From: Polaribacter sp.
Lineage (GTDB): Bacteria > Bacteroidota > Bacteroidia > Flavobacteriales > Flavobacteriaceae
Assembly: GCA_030758355.1 (NCBI GenBank)
Contig: JANREL010000158.1
Coordinates: forward strand, 1 to 53,965
Length of the DNA: 53,965 nucleotides
Reading direction: 5' to 3'
Shown here: positions 29,115 through 40,196 of the stretch, in pieces
Layout: each line of letters opens with the position of its first letter
How positions within the stretch are numbered: the first letter of the stretch is position 1
Made by a program: the position numbers and the translations under genes
The notes under the pieces: model-generated
Told to the model about the DNA's origin: nothing
Databases searched by the model: none
What the model saw: only the letters and a program-made list of their open reading frames with translations

Positions 29115-32012
29115 ATGATTGATAATCTCACTTTAGAAAACTTACATAATTCACTTGCTGGAGAACTCGTTTTTGATCAATTGCATAAAACAATTTACGC
29201 AACAGATGCCTCTGTTTATCGAAAAATTCCACTAGCAGTTGCATTTCCAAAAAACCAAAATGATATCAAAATTTTAATTGATTTTGCTTCAAAAAAAAAT
29301 GTTACTTTAATTCCAAGAACTGCAGGAACTTCATTGGCAGGTCAATGTGTTGGGGATGGAATTGTGGTGGATGTTTCTAAATATTTTACCAAAATTATTC
29401 ATTTTGATGAAATCGCAAAAACCATCACAGTTCAACCGGGAATTGTTCGCGATGAACTGAATAATTATCTAAAACCTTTCGGATTATTTTTCGGCCCAAA
29501 CACCTCAACATCCAATAGATGTATGATTGGCGGCATGGTTGGCAACAATTCTTCAGGAAGCACCTCTATAAAGTATGGTGTGACTCGTGACAAAGTTCTG
29601 AAAATTGAAGCCATTTTAAGTAATGGAACTTCAGCTACTTTTCAGGAAATAACTTCAGATGAATTTGTTGTGAAAGCAACTCAAAATTCTTTAGAAGGGA
29701 GCATTTATAAAACGATTTATGAGGAACTTTCTTCTGAAATTCATCAAAAAGAAATCAAAAAAGAATTTCCAAAAGAAACTATTCACAGAAGAAATACAGG
29801 CTATGCTGTTGATGAATTATTGAAATGTGAATTATTTGGTGGTAAACAATCAACCATAAATATTTCAAAATTATTGACAGGAAGTGAGGGAACTTTAGCG
29901 TTTTCAACCGAAATTACCCTACAATTAAATGAACTTCCTCCCAAAGAAAGCATCATGGTTTGCTCTCATTTTACAAGTATTAATGAGAGTATGAAAGCTA
30001 CTTTAACTGCCATGAAACACAATCTTTACAACTGTGAATTGATGGATAAAACCATTCTAGATTGTACCAAAAACAACCGTGAACAGACTAAAAATAGGTT
30101 TTTCTTACAAGGCGATCCTGAAGCTATTTTGATGTTGGAAGTTTCTTCAAATTCAACAGAAGAAACTGAAATTTTAGCAGATAAATTGATTGCAGACCTA
30201 GAAAAAAACAACTTCGGATTTTACCATCCAAAGGTTTATGGTGCTGATATCAATAAAGTTCATGAACTCAGAAAAGCGGGTCTGGGATTGTTGGGAAATA
30301 TTGTTGGCGATATGAAAGCCGTGGCTTGTATTGAAGATACTGCTGTTGCTTTGGAAGATTTGCCAAATTATATCGAAGAATTCACACAAATGATGGATCG
30401 TTTCCAGCAAGACGCTGTGTATTATGCCCATGCTGGAGCAGGAGAAATTCATTTACGCCCAATCCTGAATTTAAAAAAGCAAGAGGATGTTGTGTTGTTT
30501 CGAAAAATAACAACTGAAACTGCACAATTAGTCAAAAAATACCAAGGTTCATTTAGTGGTGAACATGGAGATGGCATTGTGCGTGCAGAATTTATTCCTT
30601 TGATGATTGGTGAGCAGAATTATCAATTGTTACGAAGAATCAAAAAAGCATTTGATCCACAAAATGTTTTTAACCAAGGAAAAATTACAGATGCTTTTCC
30701 AATGGATAAAAGTTTGCGTTATGAAGTTGATAGAATAGAACCCGTAATTGAAACGATTCAAGATTTTTCTGATAGCGAAGGAATTTTAAAATTAGCTGAA
30801 AAGTGCAATGGTTCTGGAGATTGTAGAAAACCTGCTTCTGCAGGTGGAACCATGTGCCCAAGCTACAGAGCTACCAAAAATGAAAAAGATACCACTAGAG
30901 CCAGAGCAAATGCATTACGCGATTTTTTAACCAATTCTGATGAAGCTAACAAATTTAATCACAAAGAATTAAAAGAAGTTTTTGACCTTTGCTTGAGTTG
31001 CAAAGCCTGTGCTTCTGAATGTCCAAGTAACGTAGATATTGCTACTATGAAAGCTGAATTTTTGTATCAATATCAAGAAACTAATGGGTATTCTTTTCGA
31101 AATTCACTGTTCGCAAATAATGTGAAATACAACAAAATAGGCAGCATTGCACCTGTAATTACAAACCTTGTTTTGAATACTTCATTCACAAAATCTGTGA
31201 TGGGAATTGCGCAAGAAAGAAGCGTTCCTAAATTGGCAAATACTACTTTTAGCAATTGGTTTGCTAAAGAACATATTATCAAAAAATCAAAAAAAGTATA
31301 TTTATTTAATGATGAATTTACTAATTTTTATGATGTTGAAATCGGAAAAGATGCTGTTTTTGTGTTGGAAAAATTGGGCTATGAAGTTATTGTCTTGAAA
31401 CACGAAGAAAGTGGACGCAGTTTTATTTCTAAAGGATTTTTAAAGGAAGCCAAAAAAGTATGTGATAAAAATATTGCCCTTTTTAAAGATATAATTTCTG
31501 ATGAAACTCCTTTAATTGGGATTGAACCTTCTGCAATTTTGACGTTTAGAGACGAATATATTCGTTTGGCAACAGATAAAATAGCCGCTGAAAAAATTGC
31601 TAAAAACGCACTCACTTTTGAAGAATTTTTAAGTAATGAACATCAAAAAAACAATGTTGATATTTCATTATTTTCATCCGAAGGAAAAGAAATCAAGATT
31701 CACGGACATTGTCATCAAAAAGCCTTATCAAGCACTCATGCAAGTTTTCAAATATTAAATATCCCCAAAAATTACAAAGTAACTATTTTAAATACAGGCT
31801 GTTGCGGAATGGCAGGTTCTTTTGGTTATGAAAAAGAGCATTATGAAATCAGTATGCAAGTTGGGGAAGATACCCTGTTTCCAAAAATAAGAAACTGTGC
31901 TCCTGAAACCGAAATTGCAGCATCAGGAACAAGTTGTCGTCATCAAATTTATGACGGTACAAAACGAATTGCCAAACATCCTATAACTCTTTTGAAAGAA
32001 GCATTAATCTAA
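29115..32012 (+). CDS. FAD-linked, Fe-S-binding oxidoreductase (YdiJ / D-2-hydroxyacid dehydrogenase-like)
   Basis: PRTAGTSLAGQ, GSEGTLA, HAGAGEIHLRP, SGEHGDG, CLSCKACASECP, HGHCHQKA, CCGMAGSFG. Confidence 0.9.
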   Translation: MIDNLTLENLHNSLAGELVFDQLHKTIYATDASVYRKIPLAVAFPKNQNDIKILIDFASKKNVTLIPRTAGTSLAGQCVGDGIVVDVSKYFTKIIHFDEIAKTITVQPGIVRDELNNYLKPFGLFFGPNTSTSNRCMIGGMVGNNSSGSTSIKYGVTRDKVLKIEAILSNGTSATFQEITSDEFVVKATQNSLEGSIYKTIYEELSSEIHQKEIKKEFPKETIHRRNTGYAVDELLKCELFGGKQSTINISKLLTGSEGTLAFSTEITLQLNELPPKESIMVCSHFTSINESMKATLTAMKHNLYNCELMDKTILDCTKNNREQTKNRFFLQGDPEAILMLEVSSNSTEETEILADKLIADLEKNNFGFYHPKVYGADINKVHELRKAGLGLLGNIVGDMKAVACIEDTAVALEDLPNYIEEFTQMMDRFQQDAVYYAHAGAGEIHLRPILNLKKQEDVVLFRKITTETAQLVKKYQGSFSGEHGDGIVRAEFIPLMIGEQNYQLLRRIKKAFDPQNVFNQGKITDAFPMDKSLRYEVDRIEPVIETIQDFSDSEGILKLAEKCNGSGDCRKPASAGGTMCPSYRATKNEKDTTRARANALRDFLTNSDEANKFNHKELKEVFDLCLSCKACASECPSNVDIATMKAEFLYQYQETNGYSFRNSLFANNVKYNKIGSIAPVITNLVLNTSFTKSVMGIAQERSVPKLANTTFSNWFAKEHIIKKSKKVYLFNDEFTNFYDVEIGKDAVFVLEKLGYEVIVLKHEESGRSFISKGFLKEAKKVCDKNIALFKDIISDETPLIGIEPSAILTFRDEYIRLATDKIAAEKIAKNALTFEEFLSNEHQKNNVDISLFSSEGKEIKIHGHCHQKALSSTHASFQILNIPKNYKVTILNTGCCGMAGSFGYEKEHYEISMQVGEDTLFPKIRNCAPETEIAASGTSCRHQIYDGTKRIAKHPITLLKEALI

Positions 32013-32017
32013 AAATT

Positions 32018-33013
32018 ATGAGCAAAAAATTCAAATATATAGCTTCCGAAAATCGCTACGAAAAAATGAAGTATAGAAGAACTGGTAATAGTGGTTTACT
32101 ATTGCCAGAAATATCGTTAGGACTGTGGCATAATTTCGGAAAAAATGATGATTTTACCAATCAAAGAGCATTGTTAAAATGTGCTTTTGATAACGGAATA
32201 ACACATTTTGATTTGGCAAATAACTATGGGCCACCTCCAGGATCTGCTGAAGAAAATTTCGGAAAAATCCTAAAAAAAGATTTCAAACAATACAGAGATG
32301 AGCTGATTATTTCATCTAAAGCTGGCTACGGAATGTGGGAAGGTCCTTATGGTGATTTGGGTTCAAAAAAATTTTTAGTGGCAAGTTTAGACCAAAGTTT
32401 GCGAAGAATGGGATTGGATTATGTTGATATTTTTTACCATCATAGACCCGATTATGATACGCCTTTAGAGGAAACTATGGGTACTTTAGATTTGATGGTT
32501 CGCCAAGGAAAAGCTTTGTATATTGGAATTTCCAATTATCAACCTGAAAGAGCTGAAGCCGCTTTTAAAATTTTAAACGATTTAGGCACACCTTGTTTGA
32601 TTCATCAACCAAGATATAATTTATTTGACAGATGGATTGAAAATGGATTGTTGGATTTGTTAGGAAATTCGGGTGTTGGAAGCATTTGTTTTTCGCCTTT
32701 AGCACAAGGAATGTTGAGTAATAAATACATCAATGGTTTACCAAAAGATTCAAGAGCAATAAAAGATAGCCCTTTTTTGAGTGCAAACCTAGTTATAGAA
32801 ATGTTGCCAAAAATTAAAGCACTGAATGAAATTGCTCAAAACAGAGGCCAAACCTTGGCACAAATGGCAATTTCTTGGATATTGAAAGATCACAGAATCA
32901 CTTCTGTGTTAATTGGTGCAAGCAAAACTGATCAAATTTTGGATAGTATAAAAGCCACTCAAAACACTCATTTTTCTGAAAAAGAATTGAATGACATACA
33001 TCAAATTTTATAA
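32018..33013 (+). CDS. Aldo-keto reductase (YghZ/Gpr, L-glyceraldehyde-3-phosphate reductase-like)
   Basis: SLGLWHNFG, HFDLANNYGPPPGSAE, DYVDIFYHHRPD, FSPLAQG. Confidence 0.9.
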   Translation: MSKKFKYIASENRYEKMKYRRTGNSGLLLPEISLGLWHNFGKNDDFTNQRALLKCAFDNGITHFDLANNYGPPPGSAEENFGKILKKDFKQYRDELIISSKAGYGMWEGPYGDLGSKKFLVASLDQSLRRMGLDYVDIFYHHRPDYDTPLEETMGTLDLMVRQGKALYIGISNYQPERAEAAFKILNDLGTPCLIHQPRYNLFDRWIENGLLDLLGNSGVGSICFSPLAQGMLSNKYINGLPKDSRAIKDSPFLSANLVIEMLPKIKALNEIAQNRGQTLAQMAISWILKDHRITSVLIGASKTDQILDSIKATQNTHFSEKELNDIHQIL

Positions 33014-33016
33014 TAC

Positions 33017-33043
33017 AAAAAGGGAAGTAAAAACTTCCCTTTT
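33017..33043. terminator. Bidirectional intrinsic terminator between the AKR gene and valS
   Basis: aaaagggaagt-aaaa-acttccctttt. Confidence 0.82.
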
Positions 33044-33049
33044 CAATTT

Positions 33050-35683
33050 TTATAAGTTTGATAAACTACTTTTAATCATCTCGATTTTTGCCAAGGAATC
33101 TGCTTCTTTTTTGCGTTCCATAGTAATTACTTGTGGTGGCGCACTTGAAACAAAACGTTCGTTTGATAATTTTTGTTGCACACTTTTTAAGAATCCTTCA
33201 GCTCTCTGAAGTTCTTCTATTAATTTTATTTTTTCAGCAGCAACGTCAATATTCTCTGCTGCAATTGGGACAAAATATTCGTTCGATTTTACTCTGAAAG
33301 AAGCTCCATCCACTTTTTCTGAAACGTATTGAATCGAAGAAGAATTTATGAGTTTTTGGATTACTACATCGAAACTCCCTGAATTTTGTTCGTTGTTGAT
33401 AACAAAAACTTCGATATTATCTTTAAAAGGAATATTTTTATTTTTTCTGATAGTTCTAATTCCGGAAATAACTTCTGTTGCAAACTCAAATTGATTGATG
33501 ATATTCATATCAAAATCTTTTTGAGTTGGATATTTTGCTATGATGAGCGCTTCTTCGGTAGTTCTCTCAGCAATATGTTGCCAAATTTCTTCAGTCAAAA
33601 ATGGCATGAATGGATGCAACATTTTCAAGTTGTATTCCAACACTTCAATAACAGAATTGTATGTTTTTTGGTCAATTGGTTGCTGATAAGCAGGTTTTAC
33701 AATTTCCAATAACCAAGAAGAAAAATCATCCATAATCAGTTTATAAATTGCCATCAAAGCATCTGATAATCTGTATTTTGAAAAATGATCTTCAACTTCT
33801 AAAAATGTTTTTTGAAATTTTGCTTCATACCATTCTAATCCAATTTTTGCAGTTTTTGGTTGCGCTAAATCACTATCAATTTCCCAACCTTTTATCAAAC
33901 GAAAAGCATTCCAAATTTTATTGGCAAAAGCTTTTCCTTGTTGGCACAATTCTTCATCAAACATCAAATCGTTTCCAGCAGCCGAACTTAACAACAATCC
34001 AACTCTAACTCCATCAGCTCCATAATCGTCAATTAATTTAAGTGCATCAGGAGAATTTCCCAAAGATTTTGACATTTTTCTGCGCTGTTTGTCACGAACC
34101 AAACCTGTCAAATACACATTTTCAAACGGTTTTTTACCTCTGTATTCATAGCCCGCAATAATCATTCTAGCTACCCAAAAAAACAAAATATCTGGGCCTG
34201 TAACTAAATCATTGGTTGGATAATAATAGTTAATTTCTTCATTTTCAGGGTTTCGAATTCCGTCAAAAACCGAAATTGGCCACAACCAAGAAGAAAACCA
34301 AGTATCTAAAGCGTCATTATCTTGTATTAGATTTTGAATCGTGAGTGTTGCATTTTTAGTTTTTAGTTTTGCTAATTCAAGTGCTTTTTCAATAGATTCT
34401 GCCACAACAAAATCCTCTTTTCCATCACCAAAATAATACGCAGGAATTTGTTGTCCCCACCACAATTGACGAGAAATATTCCAATCACGAATATTTTCCA
34501 TCCAATGACGATAAGTATTTTCAAACTTTTTGGGGACCAAATTAACTTCTGAATTTTCGCCCAAAATAGCAGCAATAGCTGGCTTCGCTAATGCTTCCAT
34601 TTTTAAAAACCATTGATCAGACAATCTGGGTTCAATCACTGCTTTGGTTCTTTCAGAAGTTCCTACTTTGTGTGTATGTTGTTCTGTTTTTACCAATATA
34701 CCATTTTCAGACAATTCTATTGCAATTTCTTTACGAACTTCAAAACGATCTTTCCCTTGATAATGCAATCCAAAAGAATTTAAAGTAGCATCATCATTAA
34801 AAATATCAATAATTTCAAGTTGATGTTTATCACCCAAAACTTTATCATTTTCGTCATGAGCAGGCGTTACTTTTAAACAACCTGTTCCGAATTCAGTATC
34901 TACATATTCATCTTCAATAATTGGAATAATTCTATTACAAATAGGCACAATCGCTTTTTTCCCTCTCAGATGAGTAAAACGTTCATCATTTGGATTGATG
35001 CAAATAGCAGTATCTCCAAAAATGGTTTCAGGTCTTGTAGTTGCAATGGTTAAAACCTCTTCTGAATCTTGAATTTTATATTGTAAAAAGTATAAATTTC
35101 CTTGTTTTTCTTCATAGATAACTTCTTCATCAGACAAGGTTGTTTTGGCTTCAGGATCCCAATTTACCATTCTAAATCCTCTGTAAATCAATCCTTTGTT
35201 ATACAAATCCACGAAAACTTTGATTACAGATTCTGACATTGCAGGATCCATTGTAAACGCAGTTCTATCCCAATCACAAGAGGCTCCTAATTTTTTTAAT
35301 TGCTCTAAAATAATGCCTCCATATTCATTTTTCCATTCCCAAGCATGAGCCAAAAATTCTTCCCGAGTCAAGTCATTTTTATTGATTCCTTGCTCTTTTA
35401 ATTTCGCAACAACTTTTGCTTCAGTAGCAATAGAGGCATGATCTGTTCCAGGAACCCAACACGCATTTTTACCCAACAAACGTGCACGTCTGATCAACAC
35501 ATCTTGAATGGTATTGTTCAACATATGACCCATATGTAAAACGCCAGTAACATTTGGAGGTGGAATTACAATCGTATAAGGCTCTCTTTCATCAGGAATG
35601 GAATGGAAATACTTGTTCTCAGTCCAATATTGATACCATTTGCTTTCTACTTGGCTTGCATCATATTTTGATGGAATTGTCAT
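33050..35683 (-). CDS. valS: Valine--tRNA ligase
   Basis: [37 protein letters not shown] and C-terminal coiled coil; -7 box TACTTTTG on the minus strand at 35713-35720. Confidence 0.97.
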   Translation of the reverse strand: MTIPSKYDASQVESKWYQYWTENKYFHSIPDEREPYTIVIPPPNVTGVLHMGHMLNNTIQDVLIRRARLLGKNACWVPGTDHASIATEAKVVAKLKEQGINKNDLTREEFLAHAWEWKNEYGGIILEQLKKLGASCDWDRTAFTMDPAMSESVIKVFVDLYNKGLIYRGFRMVNWDPEAKTTLSDEEVIYEEKQGNLYFLQYKIQDSEEVLTIATTRPETIFGDTAICINPNDERFTHLRGKKAIVPICNRIIPIIEDEYVDTEFGTGCLKVTPAHDENDKVLGDKHQLEIIDIFNDDATLNSFGLHYQGKDRFEVRKEIAIELSENGILVKTEQHTHKVGTSERTKAVIEPRLSDQWFLKMEALAKPAIAAILGENSEVNLVPKKFENTYRHWMENIRDWNISRQLWWGQQIPAYYFGDGKEDFVVAESIEKALELAKLKTKNATLTIQNLIQDNDALDTWFSSWLWPISVFDGIRNPENEEINYYYPTNDLVTGPDILFFWVARMIIAGYEYRGKKPFENVYLTGLVRDKQRRKMSKSLGNSPDALKLIDDYGADGVRVGLLLSSAAGNDLMFDEELCQQGKAFANKIWNAFRLIKGWEIDSDLAQPKTAKIGLEWYEAKFQKTFLEVEDHFSKYRLSDALMAIYKLIMDDFSSWLLEIVKPAYQQPIDQKTYNSVIEVLEYNLKMLHPFMPFLTEEIWQHIAERTTEEALIIAKYPTQKDFDMNIINQFEFATEVISGIRTIRKNKNIPFKDNIEVFVINNEQNSGSFDVVIQKLINSSSIQYVSEKVDGASFRVKSNEYFVPIAAENIDVAAEKIKLIEELQRAEGFLKSVQQKLSNERFVSSAPPQVITMERKKEADSLAKIEMIKSSLSNL

Positions 35684-35803
35684 TTTTAAGAATAATTTTT
35701 GAATATAGCTGGCAAAAGTACAATTATCTGATTTGTATAAAAAATTACGCTATGATTTTTTAAAACAAATATTATTCTATAATTTTACATAAAATTTTAC
35801 AAC

Positions 35804-36205
35804 ATGAAAATAATATTCTCATTATTCGCATTTCTTTTTATTTCAATTGCCATTCATTCTCAAGAATTTAAGTTTGAAGCTGAAACTATTGATTATGGAA
35901 AAATTTCACAAAACTCAAATGGTGAAAAAGTTTTTGTTTTTACTAATGTGGGAACACAACCTTTGATTATCGAAAATATTCAATCTTCTTGCGGTTGTAC
36001 AGTTCCAAAAAAGCCTGAAAAACCAATCATGCCTGGAGAAAAAGGTGAGATTAAAGTTTCTTATGATACCAAAAGATTGGGTGGATTTTCAAAACAAATT
36101 ACTATTTTTTCGAATGCAAAAGAGCCAAGAAAAATAATCAGAATTAAAGGAATTGTAGAGCAAACAGCTTCTTTAGAAAAAGAGAAAAGTTTACTTTCTA
36201 ATTAA
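35804..36205 (+). CDS. DUF1573 domain protein
   Basis: Signal peptide, FTNVGTQPLII, SSCGCT, PIMPGEKGEIKVSYD. Confidence 0.88.
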   Translation: MKIIFSLFAFLFISIAIHSQEFKFEAETIDYGKISQNSNGEKVFVFTNVGTQPLIIENIQSSCGCTVPKKPEKPIMPGEKGEIKVSYDTKRLGGFSKQITIFSNAKEPRKIIRIKGIVEQTASLEKEKSLLSN

Positions 36206-36209
36206 TTTT

Positions 36210-37550
36210 TCAAACTTTTTGCTTTAAATAAAATTCAAATTTTAGTATTTTTCCATTTCTTTTAATGGTGATTTTTATTTTTTTCCCATCTTTTTCTTGT
36301 AATTTTTCTAAAATTGAACCAAGATTAAGTTCATGCGTTTGAATTCCGTTGATATGTAAAATAATGTCATCCTTTTGCAAACCTGCTTCTTCAGCAGGAG
36401 AGTTTTTAGCAACACTTTTTATTTTAAAAGAAGGTTTAAATTTGTAAGAAAAACTCGTTACAAAATTTACAGTATTATTTGCTTCTAAACCCTGATTGTA
36501 AGCATCTTTAACCGTTTTAATTTCCTCTTCTTTGACAAGTTGTTTCCCATTATAAACCAGCTCTAAACCACTCATATTGTAATTGAAATCTCTAGAGAAA
36601 TTACTGTTTTTTTTAAGCATTAAAACTTTATTTGGATAATCAATCCAAACTGTAAACCTTTTTAAAATTTCTGAACCAAGACTTCCATTTCTCTCTTTGA
36701 AAATTTTAGCATTGACAGTAGTTAAAGAATCTAAAAATGAAACTGTTGGCTTTGGAATTTCGAAAGCATCTAATTGCAACGCGGGGATTCTACTTCTATT
36801 TCCGTAAATAGTTCCACTCAATCCCTCTCCCAAAATATCATTAAAATAATTGATTGGTGTTTTGATATTTTCTTTTGAATTTTCAAACAACCACAAAGCA
36901 TCACTTCCACCAGAATCTATCAATAAATTAACATCAGTAAACACTTTATCAACAGTATCTAGTTTTACTTTTACTTGAATAAAAGGCTTTCCTCTGATGA
37001 CTCTGATTGGTAAAATGGAGCATTTTTTACACTTTTTAAATTTATTTTTTTTTGATTGATAAAAATCAATTTTTTTAGAAATATAATTGATTTTTACCGC
37101 AAAATCATCAAGCAAATTGTTACCAATAATTCCGTGGATTGTAACTCCCATTTTGCCAGATAAATCAAAATAATCTCTTAAAATAACATAAATAGTTTCA
37201 TTTTCACTTTGAATATTTTGCAATGAAATGGTATTTTTTTGAGATAAAAGCGCCTCAACCGAATTTCCTTTTCCAAGTCCTTGCAAAGTTACTTTTTCAA
37301 TATTTTTCAATCCAATAGTATCATTGTCAGAAAGATTGAATAAAATAGTTTTATTTGAACCTGTATCCAGTATAAATGCAAGTTCTTTATTATTAATTTT
37401 CAACGGAATAACCATCAAATTATTAATCAATTTAAAATCTACTCTTACTTTATTTTTTGTTTTATTTAAAAAACGAAAACCCTCTTGCGCTTTTGAATTC
37501 AAGGGCAAAATGAGAAAAAAAATAAAAAAAATAATAATCTTAATTTTCAA
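36210..37550 (-). CDS. Secreted aspartyl protease (two retropepsin-like lobes) with C-terminal PDZ domain
   Basis: FILDTGS and LLIDSGG catalytic motifs, GIIG/GSLG, SPAEEAGLQKDDIILHING PDZ; TTG start. Confidence 0.85.
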   Translation of the reverse strand: MKIKIIIFFIFFLILPLNSKAQEGFRFLNKTKNKVRVDFKLINNLMVIPLKINNKELAFILDTGSNKTILFNLSDNDTIGLKNIEKVTLQGLGKGNSVEALLSQKNTISLQNIQSENETIYVILRDYFDLSGKMGVTIHGIIGNNLLDDFAVKINYISKKIDFYQSKKNKFKKCKKCSILPIRVIRGKPFIQVKVKLDTVDKVFTDVNLLIDSGGSDALWLFENSKENIKTPINYFNDILGEGLSGTIYGNRSRIPALQLDAFEIPKPTVSFLDSLTTVNAKIFKERNGSLGSEILKRFTVWIDYPNKVLMLKKNSNFSRDFNYNMSGLELVYNGKQLVKEEEIKTVKDAYNQGLEANNTVNFVTSFSYKFKPSFKIKSVAKNSPAEEAGLQKDDIILHINGIQTHELNLGSILEKLQEKDGKKIKITIKRNGKILKFEFYLKQKV

Positions 37551-37704
37551 AAAAAAAGAGTTTTAAATATAAATTCTGAAAATACGCATAAAGAATTTGG
37601 AAAACTATTTTTTTTGCAAATAATTAACCTTCAAATAAAATGCATTAAAAAGTTCTCCATAAAAATATATTTTGCAAATTTGCACATTAAAACCAAAAAA
37701 AAAT

Positions 37705-38895
37705 ATGCCTTCTATCTCAAAAAAAGGACAACAAATGCCAGAATCTCCAATCAGAAAACTGGCTCCTTATGCTGAAAAAGCTGTCAAACAAGGCAAAAAA
37801 ATTTACCACTTAAATATTGGTCAACCCGATATCAAAACTCCTGAAATAGCGTTAAAAGCGATTAGCAATCACTCTTTAGAAATTTTGGAATACTCTAGTT
37901 CTAATGGCTCTGAACAATACCGAAAAAAAATTGCTAACTATTACAGCAAATACAAAATTGATGTAAATCAGGATGAAATAATTGTTACAACTGGAGGTTC
38001 TGAAGCATTACTTTTTGCTTTTGGAAGCATTATGGATGCTGATGATGAGGTGATTATTCCTGAACCTTTTTATGCAAATTTCAACAGTTTCTCAGCTGCA
38101 TCAAGTGCTAAAATAGTTCCCGTAATTTCAAAAATGGAGGATGATTTTTCCTTACCTCCTATTGAAGAATTTGAAAAATTAATTACCTCAAAAACAAAAG
38201 CAATTTTAATCTGTAATCCAGGAAATCCAACAGGATATTTATATAGCAGAGACGAAATTAACAAGTTGGCGAAAATTGTCATCAAACATGATTTATTTTT
38301 AATTGCTGATGAAGTTTACCGAGAATTTATTTATGATGGAAATGAACATTACTCCATATTACGCGAATCAAATTTAGAAAATCATGCAATTGTAATTGAT
38401 TCTGTATCAAAAAGATACAGTATGTGTGGTGCAAGAATTGGCTGTATTGTTTCTAAAAATAAAGAAGTTATAAAAACTGCTTTAAAATTTGCACAAGCAC
38501 GGTTAAGTCCGCCAACTTTGGCGCAAATTGCTTGTGAAGCAGCTTTAGACACTCCGCAATCGTACTTTGATGATGTGAAAAACGAGTATGCTAAAAGAAG
38601 AAATACCTTGATTGAAGGTTTGCAAAAAATTGATGGAATCAGAGTTGCAAAACCAAAAGGTGCCTTTTATTGTATTGTAGAATTACCTATCAAAAACGCA
38701 GATAATTTTGCTAAATGGCTGTTAGAATCTTTTGATGTTAATGGCGAAACTGTGATGGTTGCGCCTGCAGCTGGATTTTATTCAACTCCCAATGTTGGAC
38801 TGAATCAAATAAGACTTGCGTATGTTTTGAACGAAGAAAGTTTGAAAAAATCAGTAGTAATTTTAAAAAAAGCTTTACAAATTTATAAAGACTAA
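37705..38895 (+). CDS. Class I/II PLP aminotransferase (aspartate aminotransferase-like)
   Basis: LNIGQPD, TGGSEA, NPGNPTG, DEVY, SVSKRYSMCGARIG; start moved to ATG 37705. Confidence 0.9.
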   Translation: MPSISKKGQQMPESPIRKLAPYAEKAVKQGKKIYHLNIGQPDIKTPEIALKAISNHSLEILEYSSSNGSEQYRKKIANYYSKYKIDVNQDEIIVTTGGSEALLFAFGSIMDADDEVIIPEPFYANFNSFSAASSAKIVPVISKMEDDFSLPPIEEFEKLITSKTKAILICNPGNPTGYLYSRDEINKLAKIVIKHDLFLIADEVYREFIYDGNEHYSILRESNLENHAIVIDSVSKRYSMCGARIGCIVSKNKEVIKTALKFAQARLSPPTLAQIACEAALDTPQSYFDDVKNEYAKRRNTLIEGLQKIDGIRVAKPKGAFYCIVELPIKNADNFAKWLLESFDVNGETVMVAPAAGFYSTPNVGLNQIRLAYVLNEESLKKSVVILKKALQIYKD

Positions 38896-39906
38896 TTGAC
38901 TATTTTAGAAAACATATCACTCAAAAATTACAATACTTTTGGTATTGATGTCAAGGCTAAACGCTTTGTAAACATTCATTCTATTGTAGAATTACAAAAG
39001 CTTTTATCCAAAGAAAAAGACTTGTTTTTGCTATCTGGCGGTAGCAATATGTTACTTACACATGATATCGAAAAATTAGTAGTTCATATTGACATCAAAG
39101 GAATTTCAATTGAAAATGAGAACGAAAATTCTGTTGAAATAACTGTAAATGCTGGTGAAAATTGGCACGAATTTGTACTTTGGTGCGTTGAAAACAATTA
39201 TGGAGGCATTGAAAACCTATCTTTAATCCCAGGAAAAGTTGGTACTTGTCCAATACAAAATATTGGTGCTTATGGTATTGAAGTAAAAGATACAATCACC
39301 AAAGTTTCAGTTGTTGAAATTGAAACTGGAAAAATAAACACTTTTACAAACGAAGAATGTAAATTTGGCTATAGAGATTCAATTTTTAAAAATGATCAAA
39401 AAGATAAGTTTATTATAGTTACTGTTTCATTTCGTTTATCTAAAAAAAATCATGTTTTTCATACATCTTATGGAGCAATTGAAGCTGAATTGACCACTCA
39501 AAAGATTGGATCCCAAATGTTAAAAAATATTTCGGAAGCTGTAATTAGTATCCGAAAATCAAAATTGCCTGATCCAAGAGAATTGGGAAATAGTGGCAGT
39601 TTTTTTAAAAATCCATTGATTTCCTCAACTCATTTTGAAAAATTACAGCTTGAATTCCCAACTATTCCAAATTTTAAAATATCAGAAACTGTAGTAAAAA
39701 TTCCTGCAGGATGGCTTATTGAACAAGCTGGATTTAAAGGAAAACGTTTTGGAAATTGTGGTGTTCATGAGAAACAAGCTCTTGTACTTGTTAATTATGG
39801 AAATGCAACAGGAGTTGAAATATTGAATTTGGCAAAAAAAATTCAAAAAACTATTTTAGAAAAATTTCAAATTGAATTAGAAATTGAAGTAAATATTATC
39901 TCTTAA
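38896..39906 (+). CDS. murB: UDP-N-acetylmuramate dehydrogenase
   Basis: NTFGI, GGSN, QNIGAYG, GSFFKNP, HEKQALVLVN, LEIEV; TTG start. Confidence 0.95.
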   Translation: MTILENISLKNYNTFGIDVKAKRFVNIHSIVELQKLLSKEKDLFLLSGGSNMLLTHDIEKLVVHIDIKGISIENENENSVEITVNAGENWHEFVLWCVENNYGGIENLSLIPGKVGTCPIQNIGAYGIEVKDTITKVSVVEIETGKINTFTNEECKFGYRDSIFKNDQKDKFIIVTVSFRLSKKNHVFHTSYGAIEAELTTQKIGSQMLKNISEAVISIRKSKLPDPRELGNSGSFFKNPLISSTHFEKLQLEFPTIPNFKISETVVKIPAGWLIEQAGFKGKRFGNCGVHEKQALVLVNYGNATGVEILNLAKKIQKTILEKFQIELEIEVNIIS

Positions 39907-39978
39907 ACGTTCTAAAAAAGCAGTAATTTCAATTTAAGAAACTGTTTATAATTTGTACCTTTGCACTTTACATTTTTT

Positions 39979-40182
39979 ATGAAATTATTACTACTTACTT
40001 TCGGATTATTAATATTGGGTGTTGCAGGAATTGCTATAAAAATTTGGGCAAAAAAAGATGGTAAATTTGCAGGAACTTGTGCAAGCCAAAATCCAATGTT
40101 AAATAAAGATGGTGTTGCTTGTGGTTTTTGTGGAAAAAATCCAGATCAATTTGACACTTGCAGCGAACCTCAACATAAATAA
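39979..40182 (+). CDS. Small single-TM protein with four cysteines
   Basis: MKLLLLTFGLL...GTCASQ...CGFC...C; -7 box TACCTTTG at 39956-39963 supports ATG 39979. Confidence 0.82.
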   Translation: MKLLLLTFGLLILGVAGIAIKIWAKKDGKFAGTCASQNPMLNKDGVACGFCGKNPDQFDTCSEPQHK

Positions 40183-40196
40183 TTCAAGATTTAACG

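Noticed and set aside
35684-35803. T-box or riboswitch upstream of valS (also looked at argS)
   Set aside because: Leaders are only a few tens of nt after the -7 boxes, with no structure or T-box motif.
37515-37557. A8/A8/A9 runs at the start of the aspartyl protease gene as a phase-variation switch
   Set aside because: Such runs are common throughout this AT-rich window and the frame is intact.
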